Assembly: GCA_035387905.1 (NCBI GenBank) | Contig: DAOOOU010000001.1 | Coordinates: 1 to 26,439 of the forward strand | Direction of reading: 5' to 3' | Origin: Bacilli bacterium | GTDB lineage: Bacteria; Bacillota_I; Bacilli_A; RF39; UBA660 | Length of the DNA stretch: 26,439 bases | Part shown: positions 18,651-26,357 of the stretch, one piece after another | Position numbering within the stretch: the first letter of the stretch is position 1 | Layout of the letters: the number at the start of each line of letters is the position of its first letter | Position numbers and translations under genes: made by a program | The notes under the pieces: generated by a model | Databases searched by the model: none | Told to the model about the DNA's origin: nothing | The model's input: only the letters and a program-made list of their open reading frames with translations

Positions 18651-19780
18651 ATATTTAGTCTTTTTATATATTGCGGATTAGGAATTAACTGCTTATTTAA
18701 AGTAAGTACTTGATTGGGATAAGAACCATACATCGTTTTTTGAGTATCCCGTTTGATATTTACAATTGCTTTTTGAATGAGGGGATCAAGCATCGTCTCA
18801 TATATTTCTTTTACCTTCTTTTTATCATTAAAACGACTATAAATAGAACAAAAGTCTAGTACCGTTACATTGCCTCTTAATGATAATAGATATTCTAAGG
18901 TTTGGAAATCTAGGGATGATAAGTCTTTATGATATTCAGCAATACTATGCATAATATATTCTTTTTCTAATTCTTTCTTAGTATTTACCATCATATAATT
19001 TATAAAGTTATCAATCTTACCTTGATTTTTAATGTCTCTAATAATCCGATCATAGCTGGCATCAAGACTAATTGCCCGGTTAAAAATAATATAGGGATAA
19101 GCATTTTCATTAAGCAAATACCACATAGCTAGGGTTCTACTAGTACGGCCATTAATATCAAAATAGGGATGAATATAGACAAAATAATAATGCATGATTT
19201 GGGACTTAATAAAATAATCAGTACTTGTTGCTAAATCATTATTAGTATTTACAAAGGTAAAATATTGATCCATAAAATATTCAAGTACTGACTCATCAAG
19301 ACCCATATCGTAACTATCGTCTAGCCTGCCGTTACGCAGAATAAATACCGGGGCTTCACGATAATAAGGCCCCATTCTTTGCTCATCTTCCGGTTCAAGT
19401 AAATCTTTACTGAGAATCTGATATAGTTGGCGTAGGGTTTCTTTATTAATTTGATATCCTTGTAAAATATAGCGATAACCATTATATAAGTTTTTAATCC
19501 GATTTCGGCGATTAATATCATTTATACTAGCTGCATCCGCAATAACTTGTTCAATTAAGCGAATATCATCGGTGATTCCTTCAACCGCATTATTAGCTTT
19601 TAATTCCAAACGAAATAAAGCGGAAGTTAAAAACTCTTTAGTTTGTAAATATGGGTTTTCATCCAAAAATAATTCTAACTCCGCTTTTAATTCGTTAAAA
19701 CAATCTTTACAAATAGTCATTTGCCGTTTATCGGCTAATGGTAATGGTAAAATTATTTTTTCTTGATTGATAGTATCCAT
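18647..19780 (-). CDS. Fic/DOC family protein with a variant catalytic loop and a probable C-terminal winged helix
   Basis: 377 aa. IHPYFDINGRTSR resembles HPFx(D/E)GNGRxxR; NNAVEG resembles the inhibitory (S/T)xxxE(G/N) helix; 'GPYYR' precedes the flap. RBS GAGGGG. Confidence 0.85.
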   Translation of the reverse strand: MDTINQEKIILPLPLADKRQMTICKDCFNELKAELELFLDENPYLQTKEFLTSALFRLELKANNAVEGITDDIRLIEQVIADAASINDINRRNRIKNLYNGYRYILQGYQINKETLRQLYQILSKDLLEPEDEQRMGPYYREAPVFILRNGRLDDSYDMGLDESVLEYFMDQYFTFVNTNNDLATSTDYFIKSQIMHYYFVYIHPYFDINGRTSRTLAMWYLLNENAYPYIIFNRAISLDASYDRIIRDIKNQGKIDNFINYMMVNTKKELEKEYIMHSIAEYHKDLSSLDFQTLEYLLSLRGNVTVLDFCSIYSRFNDKKKVKEIYETMLDPLIQKAIVNIKRDTQKTMYGSYPNQVLTLNKQLIPNPQYIKRLNI

Positions 19781-19803
19781 TATATCCCCTCAATGAAGCA
19801 TCT

Positions 19804-19812
19804 ATTATAGCA
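19804..19812 (-). promoter_or_regulatory. Extended -10 promoter for the Fic gene
   Basis: Minus strand TGCTATAAT between the mutM stop and the Fic RBS. Confidence 0.55.
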
Positions 19813-19828
19813 AAAAATAATCAAATTA

Positions 19829-20647
19829 CTACTTTTTTTGACATTTAGGGCAGTAATAAGTGCTCCGCCCATTGAGTTTAGCCCTTAATATTACTGAACC
19901 ACAATTGGGACAGTTTGTTTTTTCCCGTTGATGGACTTGTAAATATTGCTGGAATTGACCAGTAACGCCTAAACTGGAAGTATAACTTTTAATTGTTGTA
20001 CCACCTAGTTCAATTGCTTGGGCAATAATCTGATTACTAGCATCAATTATTCTTTGACATTCTTTGAGGGTTAAATCTTTACCTCGTCGCCAAGGATTTA
20101 TTTGAGAAGCATAAAGGACTTCATTAGCATATATATTACCTAACCCACTAATAATCTTTTGATCCAGTAAAATACTTTTTATAGCTAGGCTTTTATTCCT
20201 TAGTTTAGCATATAAATATTTACTAGTTAGATTTTGATCATTGGGTTCAAGACCTTGTCTAGTAATAGTTTCTATAATATTTTCTGATTTTGGGATAAGT
20301 AACATCCGACCAAATTTACGGGTATCATGATAGCGAAGTTCACTATTATCAGTAAAGGTAATAATAACGTGTTCATGCTTAACTATCGGCATTTGCTGAT
20401 CTTTAAGAAAAAACTTACCTTCCATGCGTAAATGGCTAAATAAATAATCTTGTCCCAAGTCAAAAATTAACCATTTACCACGCCTTAAAATATCAATAAT
20501 TACTTTGTTTTTCAGTTCTTTGATAAATAATTCGGCATTAGGGGTAACCATTTTCTCATAAAGGACAGTGACTTTTTTTATTTTTTTATTAATTATTTGG
20601 GTTCTTAAGGTTCGACGAACGGTCTCTACTTCAGCAATTTCTGGCAT
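19829..20647 (-). CDS. mutM: Formamidopyrimidine-DNA glycosylase/AP lyase (Fpg)
   Basis: 272 aa. Catalytic N-terminal PE (MPEIAEVE), RRGK, HLRMEG, H2TH GLGNIYANE, C-terminal zinc finger CPNC...GRSTYYCPKCQ. Confidence 0.97.
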   Translation of the reverse strand: MPEIAEVETVRRTLRTQIINKKIKKVTVLYEKMVTPNAELFIKELKNKVIIDILRRGKWLIFDLGQDYLFSHLRMEGKFFLKDQQMPIVKHEHVIITFTDNSELRYHDTRKFGRMLLIPKSENIIETITRQGLEPNDQNLTSKYLYAKLRNKSLAIKSILLDQKIISGLGNIYANEVLYASQINPWRRGKDLTLKECQRIIDASNQIIAQAIELGGTTIKSYTSSLGVTGQFQQYLQVHQREKTNCPNCGSVILRAKLNGRSTYYCPKCQKK

Positions 20648-20665
20648 TTAATCCTCCTCTAATCA

Positions 20666-23236
20666 TTATTTAGCATCATACCAATTTTGACCATAATCAA
20701 TTGTTACTTTTAAAGGGACACTTAATTTTAGTGCATTTTCCATTTGGGTTTTAACAATTGCGGTTACCTGCTCTTTTTCATTATTATAAACATCAAAGAT
20801 TAACTCATCATGAACTTGTAAGACCATTTTACTTTTTAATTTTTTCTTAGTAAATTCTTGGTCAATTGCTACCATTGCTTTTTTAATAATATCGGCACTT
20901 GTGCCTTGAATTGGAGTATTTAAAGCAATTCTTTCGCCTGCTGCCCGAATCATATAGTTTTTATTATTAAGTTCATCAATTACTCGTTTACGGTTAAATA
21001 AAGTTCGGACACAGCCTTGTTCATAAGCTTCAACCACAATCTGGTCCATATATTTTTTAACTCCCGGATATAATTCTAAATATTTATCAATAAACTGCTT
21101 CGCTTCATTAGCGCTAATTTCTAAGTTTTCCCCTAAACCAAAACCACTAATGCCATAGACAATACCAAATATAACGGCTTTAGCAGTTCGTCTTTGTTCT
21201 TTAGTTACTTGATTTTCATTAATACCATAGATATCAGCCGCCACTTTAGTATGAATATCAGCATTAGCTTTAAAGGCAGCAATTAGTTCTTGAGCTTGAG
21301 CCATATGCGCTAAAACTCGTAGTTCAATTTGCGAATAATCAGCGCTGATAAATAGCTCGTTTTGGGGAATAAAGGCTTTGCGAATCCGGCGCCCTTCTTC
21401 ATCCCTGGTTGGAATATTTTGCATATTTGGTTCAACTGATGACAATCTTCCCGTGCGGGTTAAGTTTTGTTTATAAATCGTATGAACTAAACCGTCTGGA
21501 TAAACATATTTATTAAAGCCATCAAGATATGTACTATAGAGTTTTGCTAGATTTCGATACTCTAAAATTTTACTAATAATCGGATGTTGACCAGCTAATT
21601 TATGCAGGACCTTAACATCAGTCTTATAACTACCACTAATCCCTTTTTTGCCTTTACCAAGACCCATTTTATCAAATAAAATTTCTCCTAATTGTTTCGG
21701 ACTAGAAATATTAAATTCACAACCAGCTAAATTATATATTTCCCTCGAAATCAGATCTAATTTTATTTTAATTTCCGTTTTTAATTCATTAATAATATCT
21801 AAGTCAACTTTAATCCCGGTTATTTCCATTTGGGCTAAAACGTTAATTAAAGGCATTTCAATATCAAAAAAGAGCTGCTCCATATCTTCCACTTTAAGTT
21901 TACTAACAAATTGATCACGAACCGCCAGTAGATATTGTGCTTTACTAGTTAATAATGCTTCCTTATTGTTCTGACCTTCTTTAATAAATTGTTCATAAAA
22001 AATCATCGGGTAATTATCCGCATTTGCTAAATAAGCAAGATCATCTTTAATGTTGTAATTTAATAGATAAGCCGCAATCATTAAGTCAAAATTAACTGTA
22101 AAGGGTTTAATCTCTAATTTATTTAAGAGGACTATGTTCTTTTTCTGATCAAAAGTATATAAAACCTGTCCCTGTAATTTAGTTAATACTTCTTTTATTA
22201 ATTCACAGGGCACATAATATGCTTTATTTTTATCAGCTACCGCCATGCCGATAATCTTGGCTTGATGATAATTCTCATTATCGGCTTCAATATAGAAAGC
22301 AATTTCATCATCAAGTTTTAAATCGTTAACTGATTTTAATACTTGATATTCATTGCTTGACTTATTTTTAGTGGGTTGATCTGTTTTTTTCAAGATTGAA
22401 TAAAATTCTAAATCTTCTAATATTTCATAAAGCGCAGTTTTATTTTCACCTTGATATTTAATATCAGTAAGTTTAATCGCCAAAGGCACTTGGTGATAAA
22501 TGGTAGCTAGTTCTTGACTAAAAAAAGCATTTGCTTGATCATTTAATAATTTTTGTTGAAGACTACCTTTGATATTGGTAATATTTTTATAGATGTCCGC
22601 TAAATTATGATATTTTTGTAATAAATCAAGGGCGGTTTTCTCCCCAACCCCTTTTACTCCCGGAATATTATCTGAAGGATCACCGGCTAATGCTTTCAAA
22701 TCAATAATTGCTTTTGGTTCAAACCCAAAGTCTTTTTTAAAGTTTATTTCATTATAACGAATGTAGTCCTTTTGTTTTAATAATTTAACTTCAACATCAT
22801 TATTAATTAGTTGTAATAAATCTTTATCGGAAGATATAATTGTTACTTTATACTCGGTTTCTTCATCAATTATCTTAGCAATTGTACCAATAATATCATC
22901 AGCTTCATAAGGTTCTAATTCAAAATATTTAATCCCCATTGCCGTCAATAATTCTTTAGCCACAACCATTTGTTTTGTTAGTTCGATAGGAGTTGTCATT
23001 CGACCTTCTTTATAAGCGGGATATTTTGTCTTGCGAAAATTTACGCCCATATCAAAAGCAACGGCCATATAATTTGGTTCTTCTTCATAGATAATCTTAT
23101 TCATCATATTAAGAAAACCGTATAAAGCATTAGTCGGAAACCCTTTTGAATTCTTCATTAAGTTACCATTATAAGCTGTCGCATAGTAACTGCGAAACAT
23201 TAAGTTATTACCATCAACTAAGATAATTCGTTTCAT
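20666..23236 (-). CDS. polA: DNA polymerase I
   Basis: 856 aa. 5'-3' exonuclease (VDGNNLMFRSYY, YEADDIIGT, GDPSDNIPGVKGVGEKTA), degenerate 3'-5' exonuclease-like region, polymerase motifs SADYSQIELR, KAVIFGIVYG, QVHDEL. Confidence 0.99.
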   Translation of the reverse strand: MKRIILVDGNNLMFRSYYATAYNGNLMKNSKGFPTNALYGFLNMMNKIIYEEEPNYMAVAFDMGVNFRKTKYPAYKEGRMTTPIELTKQMVVAKELLTAMGIKYFELEPYEADDIIGTIAKIIDEETEYKVTIISSDKDLLQLINNDVEVKLLKQKDYIRYNEINFKKDFGFEPKAIIDLKALAGDPSDNIPGVKGVGEKTALDLLQKYHNLADIYKNITNIKGSLQQKLLNDQANAFFSQELATIYHQVPLAIKLTDIKYQGENKTALYEILEDLEFYSILKKTDQPTKNKSSNEYQVLKSVNDLKLDDEIAFYIEADNENYHQAKIIGMAVADKNKAYYVPCELIKEVLTKLQGQVLYTFDQKKNIVLLNKLEIKPFTVNFDLMIAAYLLNYNIKDDLAYLANADNYPMIFYEQFIKEGQNNKEALLTSKAQYLLAVRDQFVSKLKVEDMEQLFFDIEMPLINVLAQMEITGIKVDLDIINELKTEIKIKLDLISREIYNLAGCEFNISSPKQLGEILFDKMGLGKGKKGISGSYKTDVKVLHKLAGQHPIISKILEYRNLAKLYSTYLDGFNKYVYPDGLVHTIYKQNLTRTGRLSSVEPNMQNIPTRDEEGRRIRKAFIPQNELFISADYSQIELRVLAHMAQAQELIAAFKANADIHTKVAADIYGINENQVTKEQRRTAKAVIFGIVYGISGFGLGENLEISANEAKQFIDKYLELYPGVKKYMDQIVVEAYEQGCVRTLFNRKRVIDELNNKNYMIRAAGERIALNTPIQGTSADIIKKAMVAIDQEFTKKKLKSKMVLQVHDELIFDVYNNEKEQVTAIVKTQMENALKLSVPLKVTIDYGQNWYDAK

Positions 23237-23254
23237 ATTATCACCTTCAATTTA

Positions 23255-23265
23255 ATTATAACATA
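23255..23265 (-). promoter_or_regulatory. Extended -10 promoter for polA-mutM
   Basis: Minus strand TATGTTATAAT upstream of RBS GAAGGTGA. Confidence 0.6.
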
Positions 23266-23276
23266 AAATTTTTTAA

Positions 23277-23300
23277 TAAAAAAAAGACTTAAGGTCTTTT
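23277..23300 (-). terminator. Intrinsic terminator after the cyclophilin gene
   Basis: Minus strand AAAAGAC-CTTAA-GTCTTTT followed by TTTT. Confidence 0.65.
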
Positions 23301-23901
23301 ATTTTGCTTTAACAAAAACAATGGTCTTAATTTTTTGGGGAATTAGTGGTTTATCATTTTCATCAGTTTTAACCTGAGCAATTTGATCGACTATCTCTAA
23401 GCCAACTATTACTTTACCAAAGGCAGCATAGGAACCATCAAGATTGGGCACATTAGCTTGGCAAATAAAGAATTGGGATGATGCCGAATTATTATCATTG
23501 CCCTTACGGGCCATAGATACTATTCCCTTAGTATGGGAAAGATTATTAGTTACCCCATTACTTGTAAATTCACCCTTAATCGTTTGGGCCGAACCACCAG
23601 TGCCATTTCCTAGAGGATCACCGGTTTGAATCATAAAATTATTAATTACCCGATGAAAGATTAAACCATCATAAAATTTAGCAGCGACTAATTTCTTAAA
23701 ATTAGCAACCGTTATGGGAGTCACATCAGGATATAGTTCAATTATTAGTTGTTGCCCACTAACCATTTCTAAACGCACAAAATTAGTTGGTTCTTTACTT
23801 AAAATAAAATCATCCATGCTCTTTGCTCCTTTGCCACAAGCCGTAGCGGTTATTAAAAAAATAAAAACTATTAGTAATTTTAACAATTGTTTTTTCATCA
23901 T
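23299..23901 (-). CDS. Cyclophilin-type peptidyl-prolyl cis-trans isomerase, lipoprotein
   Basis: Start re-called at ATG 23901 (or 23898), downstream of the promoter. Signal peptide with lipobox-like TATA-C; FHRVINNFMIQTGDP, SMAR, SASSQFFI, LDGSYAAFGKV. Confidence 0.92.
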   Translation of the reverse strand: MMKKQLLKLLIVFIFLITATACGKGAKSMDDFILSKEPTNFVRLEMVSGQQLIIELYPDVTPITVANFKKLVAAKFYDGLIFHRVINNFMIQTGDPLGNGTGGSAQTIKGEFTSNGVTNNLSHTKGIVSMARKGNDNNSASSQFFICQANVPNLDGSYAAFGKVIVGLEIVDQIAQVKTDENDKPLIPQKIKTIVFVKAK

Positions 23902-23914
23902 TATCACAAAGTTA

Positions 23915-23943
23915 ATTTTACGAGAAAACAATTTTTTTGTAAA
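23915..23943 (-). promoter_or_regulatory. Sigma-A promoter for the cyclophilin gene
   Basis: TTTACA (23943-23938), 17 nt, TAAAAT (23920-23915). Confidence 0.65.
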
Positions 23944-23950
23944 GAAATTA

Positions 23951-23979
23951 TTGTTTTTTTTAATTAAAAAACTTATAAT
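23951..23979 (+). promoter_or_regulatory. Sigma-A promoter for the Y-family polymerase gene
   Basis: TTGTTT (23951-23956), 17 nt, TATAAT (23974-23979). Confidence 0.65.
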
Positions 23980-23986
23980 AATTATA

Positions 23987-23998
23987 GAACAATTGTTT
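23987..23998. promoter_or_regulatory. Putative LexA/DinR SOS (Cheo) box
   Basis: GAAC-AATT-GTTT versus the Gram-positive consensus GAAC-N4-GTTY, between the -10 and RBS of a Y-family polymerase. Confidence 0.7.
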
Positions 23999-24008
23999 GG
24001 AGGTATTT

Positions 24009-25253
24009 ATGGAAAAAACTGCTAATCGTTCCTTTTTAGCTATTGATTTAAAGAGTTTTTTTGCGGTTTGTGAATGTCTAGAACGTAATTTAGACCCTTT
24101 TACCACACCTTTAATTGTTGCTAATCCTTCGCAAAAAGGTGGGGCCATGACCCTGGCCATTACCCCCTATCTTAAGGCTCAAGGATTAAGTAGCCGCATG
24201 CGCGTTTATTTAATTCCTAAAAACATTAAATATCTTACTGCTTCGCCCCACATGAGTTTATACGAAAGAAAAAGCCGCGAAGTAATTAAAGTCTATCACG
24301 AATTTGTTGCTCCCGAAGATATGCATGTTTATTCCATTGACGAAGTCTTTATTGATGTGACCAATTATTTGGCATTATATAAAAAAAGTGCTTTAGAGTT
24401 AGCTATCGTAATCCTCGAACAGATTAAATTAAAAACTGGTTTGACTGCCGTTTGTGGCATTGGTCCTAATATCTTCTTAGCTAAAATAGCCATGGATACT
24501 GAAGCTAAAAAGAACCCTAATAATATTGCTTGTTGGCAACAAGCAGACATTCCTACTAAACTATGGCCCATTACCCCTTTAACTAAAATTTGGGGAATTG
24601 GTTTTAATTTAGCTAAAAGACTAAATAATTTAGGCATTAATTCAGTTTTTGAATTAGCACATTACGATCCTTTAAAATTAAAGACCAAGTTAGGCACGAT
24701 GGGTTTTGAATTATGGCAGCATGTTTATGGTATTGATAATAGCTTAATTAGTGATTGGCAAAAAGCCCCTAAAAATTCCTCTTATAGTCATAGTCAAGTG
24801 CTTTATAAAGACTATTATAGCCATAATATTAAAATTATTATTAATGAGATGGTTGATACCCTTGCCACTAAATTAAGAAATAATCACAAACAAGGCTTTA
24901 TTATTGGCTTTGGGATTGGCTATGCTAAAGAAATTAAAGGTGGTTTCTTTCACTATTTGAAACTAGATCAACCGACTGCCGATCAAAAAATTATCTTGCA
25001 ACACTGTTTAAATATTTTTGATTCTTATTATCAAGACTTGCCTATTAGAAAAGTATACTTAACGGTTAGTAACTTAATTACTAATAATTATTTACAACTT
25101 AATCTATTTACTGACGAAAAAACAATTAGTAATAATCAAAAAATTGATTTAACAATTGATCAAATAAATCATAAATATGGTTTAAATTGTCTTTTAAAAG
25201 CTTCGTCCTTATTAGATGATTCGACCATAAAAGCGCGTAATCAGAAAATATAA
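24009..25253 (+). CDS. Y-family translesion DNA polymerase (DinB/UmuC; YqjW/UvrX-like)
   Basis: Start re-called at ATG 24009 after RBS GGAGGT. AIDLKSFFA, YSIDE, GIGPNIFLAKIA, IWGIG and clamp-binding motif QLNLF. Confidence 0.93.
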   Translation: MEKTANRSFLAIDLKSFFAVCECLERNLDPFTTPLIVANPSQKGGAMTLAITPYLKAQGLSSRMRVYLIPKNIKYLTASPHMSLYERKSREVIKVYHEFVAPEDMHVYSIDEVFIDVTNYLALYKKSALELAIVILEQIKLKTGLTAVCGIGPNIFLAKIAMDTEAKKNPNNIACWQQADIPTKLWPITPLTKIWGIGFNLAKRLNNLGINSVFELAHYDPLKLKTKLGTMGFELWQHVYGIDNSLISDWQKAPKNSSYSHSQVLYKDYYSHNIKIIINEMVDTLATKLRNNHKQGFIIGFGIGYAKEIKGGFFHYLKLDQPTADQKIILQHCLNIFDSYYQDLPIRKVYLTVSNLITNNYLQLNLFTDEKTISNNQKIDLTIDQINHKYGLNCLLKASSLLDDSTIKARNQKI

Positions 25254-25265
25254 ATCAATAAATAA

Positions 25266-25294
25266 TTGATTTCTATTTTGCTTTATGATAATAT
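25266..25294 (+). promoter_or_regulatory. Promoter for tRNA-Ala
   Basis: TTGATT (25266-25271), 17 nt, TAATAT (25289-25294), with extended TG. The -35 overlaps a weak hairpin (AAATCAAT/ATTGATTT, 25252-25272) after the polymerase stop. Confidence 0.5.
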
Positions 25295-25310
25295 TAGTTT
25301 GCACCAATTT

Positions 25311-25387
25311 GGGGAATTAGCTCAGCTGGCTAGAGCACCACGCTTGCAACGTGGGGGTCAGGGGTTCGAATCCCCTATTCTCCACCA
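25311..25387 (+). tRNA. tRNA-Ala (anticodon TGC), CCA encoded
   Basis: Acceptor stem GGGGAAT/ATTCTCC with the G3.U70 alanine identity pair, D arm GCTC/GAGC, anticodon arm CCACG-CTTGCAA-CGTGG, T arm AGGGG-TTCGAAT-CCCCT, 3' ACCA. 77 nt. Confidence 0.98.
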
Positions 25388-25394
25388 AATGGTC

Positions 25395-25425
25395 AAAAAC
25401 TCTTTTTAAGAGTTTTTTATTTTGG
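25395..25425 (+). terminator. Intrinsic terminator after tRNA-Ala
   Basis: AAAAACTCT-TTTTA-AGAGTTTTT followed by TATTTT. Confidence 0.75.
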
Positions 25426-25459
25426 AATATTTGGAATAAGGGTAATTAAGACAAAATAT

Positions 25460-25487
25460 TTGCGTTTTTTAAATATTATGCTAAAAT
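25460..25487 (+). promoter_or_regulatory. Probable promoter for the 183-aa hypothetical gene
   Basis: TTGCGT, 16 nt, TAAAAT with extended TATG; RBS AGGAG downstream. Confidence 0.55.
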
Positions 25488-25512
25488 ATCATTATATGAT
25501 AGGAGAGAAAAA

Positions 25513-26064
25513 ATGAAATTAATTGATTTACCAAGAGAATTACAAGGTGGCATTAGAAAACCAGGCGAAACCTTTATCTTAATGGGTATGATGAGTATCA
25601 AAATAAGATATACAGAAACAATGGATATTACCTCAATTGTGGTTAATGGTGAGGAACTTGTTAATCCCATATCAATCAGAATTGAAGAAGGCAAATTAAA
25701 AGTTGATACCGCACCAATTAAAGATACTGCACCAACATTAAATAATGAGGAACTTCCAGCATTAAATAATAATGCCGCACCAGAAGAAGCTAATAACACC
25801 CCCCAACCATTAACAATTGATAGTTTGCAACCAGAATTTAGAAATGGTGTTTCTAAAGCAAGTATGGATGGCCGGCCAGCTGAAGTCTTTTCCATAATTG
25901 GAACAACCATGGTAAGAGTAGCTTATGATTCAGCAACTAGAGCTATAATATCAATTGAAGTTAATGGTGAACTAATTGAAAATCCAGCAACTATTTCCTA
26001 TATTGATGGTAAAATAAATGTCACAAAGAATATTGCTGAAGAAAAAATTACCCCAAGTTTCTAA
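25513..26064 (+). CDS. Hypothetical protein: two ~60-aa beta-rich repeats joined by a Pro/Asn/Ala/Glu linker
   Basis: 183 aa, RBS AGGAG. Repeats '...ITSIVVNGEELVNPISIRIEEGKLKV' and '...IISIEVNGELIENPATISYIDGKINV'. No signal peptide or TM helix. Confidence 0.8.
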   Translation: MKLIDLPRELQGGIRKPGETFILMGMMSIKIRYTETMDITSIVVNGEELVNPISIRIEEGKLKVDTAPIKDTAPTLNNEELPALNNNAAPEEANNTPQPLTIDSLQPEFRNGVSKASMDGRPAEVFSIIGTTMVRVAYDSATRAIISIEVNGELIENPATISYIDGKINVTKNIAEEKITPSF

Positions 26065-26077
26065 ATTTAATAAATAA

Positions 26078-26111
26078 AAAAAGGACTATTCAAAAGTGAT
26101 TAGTCCTTTTT
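26078..26111. terminator. Bidirectional intrinsic terminator between the hypothetical gene and rpoZ
   Basis: AAAAAGGACTA...TAGTCCTTTTT, an 11-bp inverted repeat with T tracts on both strands. Overlaps the last rpoZ codons. Confidence 0.8.
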
Positions 26112-26283
26112 CTAATTCTTCCAAAGCTCGGCCTAGTTCTTTTTTACTAGCATATTCCCCGTTTTTCATTTGATAGTGATTATTATTTAGCATTTGGGTA
26201 CTTCTTTTTGAAGCAATATGAACTAGTTTATACTTAGAATCAACTATGTTTAGTAACCGATCAATTGATGGATGAAGTAACAT
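26086..26283 (-). CDS. rpoZ: RNA polymerase omega subunit
   Basis: 65 aa. 'LHPSIDRLLNIVDSKYKLVHIASKR' and 'ALEEL..G' match the omega signature. Confidence 0.92.
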   Translation of the reverse strand: MLLHPSIDRLLNIVDSKYKLVHIASKRSTQMLNNNHYQMKNGEYASKKELGRALEELEKGLITFE

Positions 26284-26357
26284 TTTATCACAACCTTACA
26301 ATATCATCTTACTAAACATTATTTGTTTTACATATATTTTTCGTCAATTTTTGACAC

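Noticed and set aside
25422-25438. Direct repeat TTGGAATA x2 downstream of the tRNA terminator
   Set aside because: Only two short AT-rich copies with no further context; likely chance.
2539-25910. Short opposite-strand or overlapping ORFs in the track (for example 2539-2841, 4561-4887, 5075-5323, 7627-7908, 11483-11716, 21648-21914, 23714-24025, 24365-24637, 25476-25910)
   Set aside because: They are shadows of well-supported genes on the other strand, with no RBS or family motif. The compositions are what antisense reading of A-rich genes produces.
25311-26111. Prophage or integrative element at tRNA-Ala
   Set aside because: There is no integrase and no duplicated tRNA 3' end (att site) in the window.
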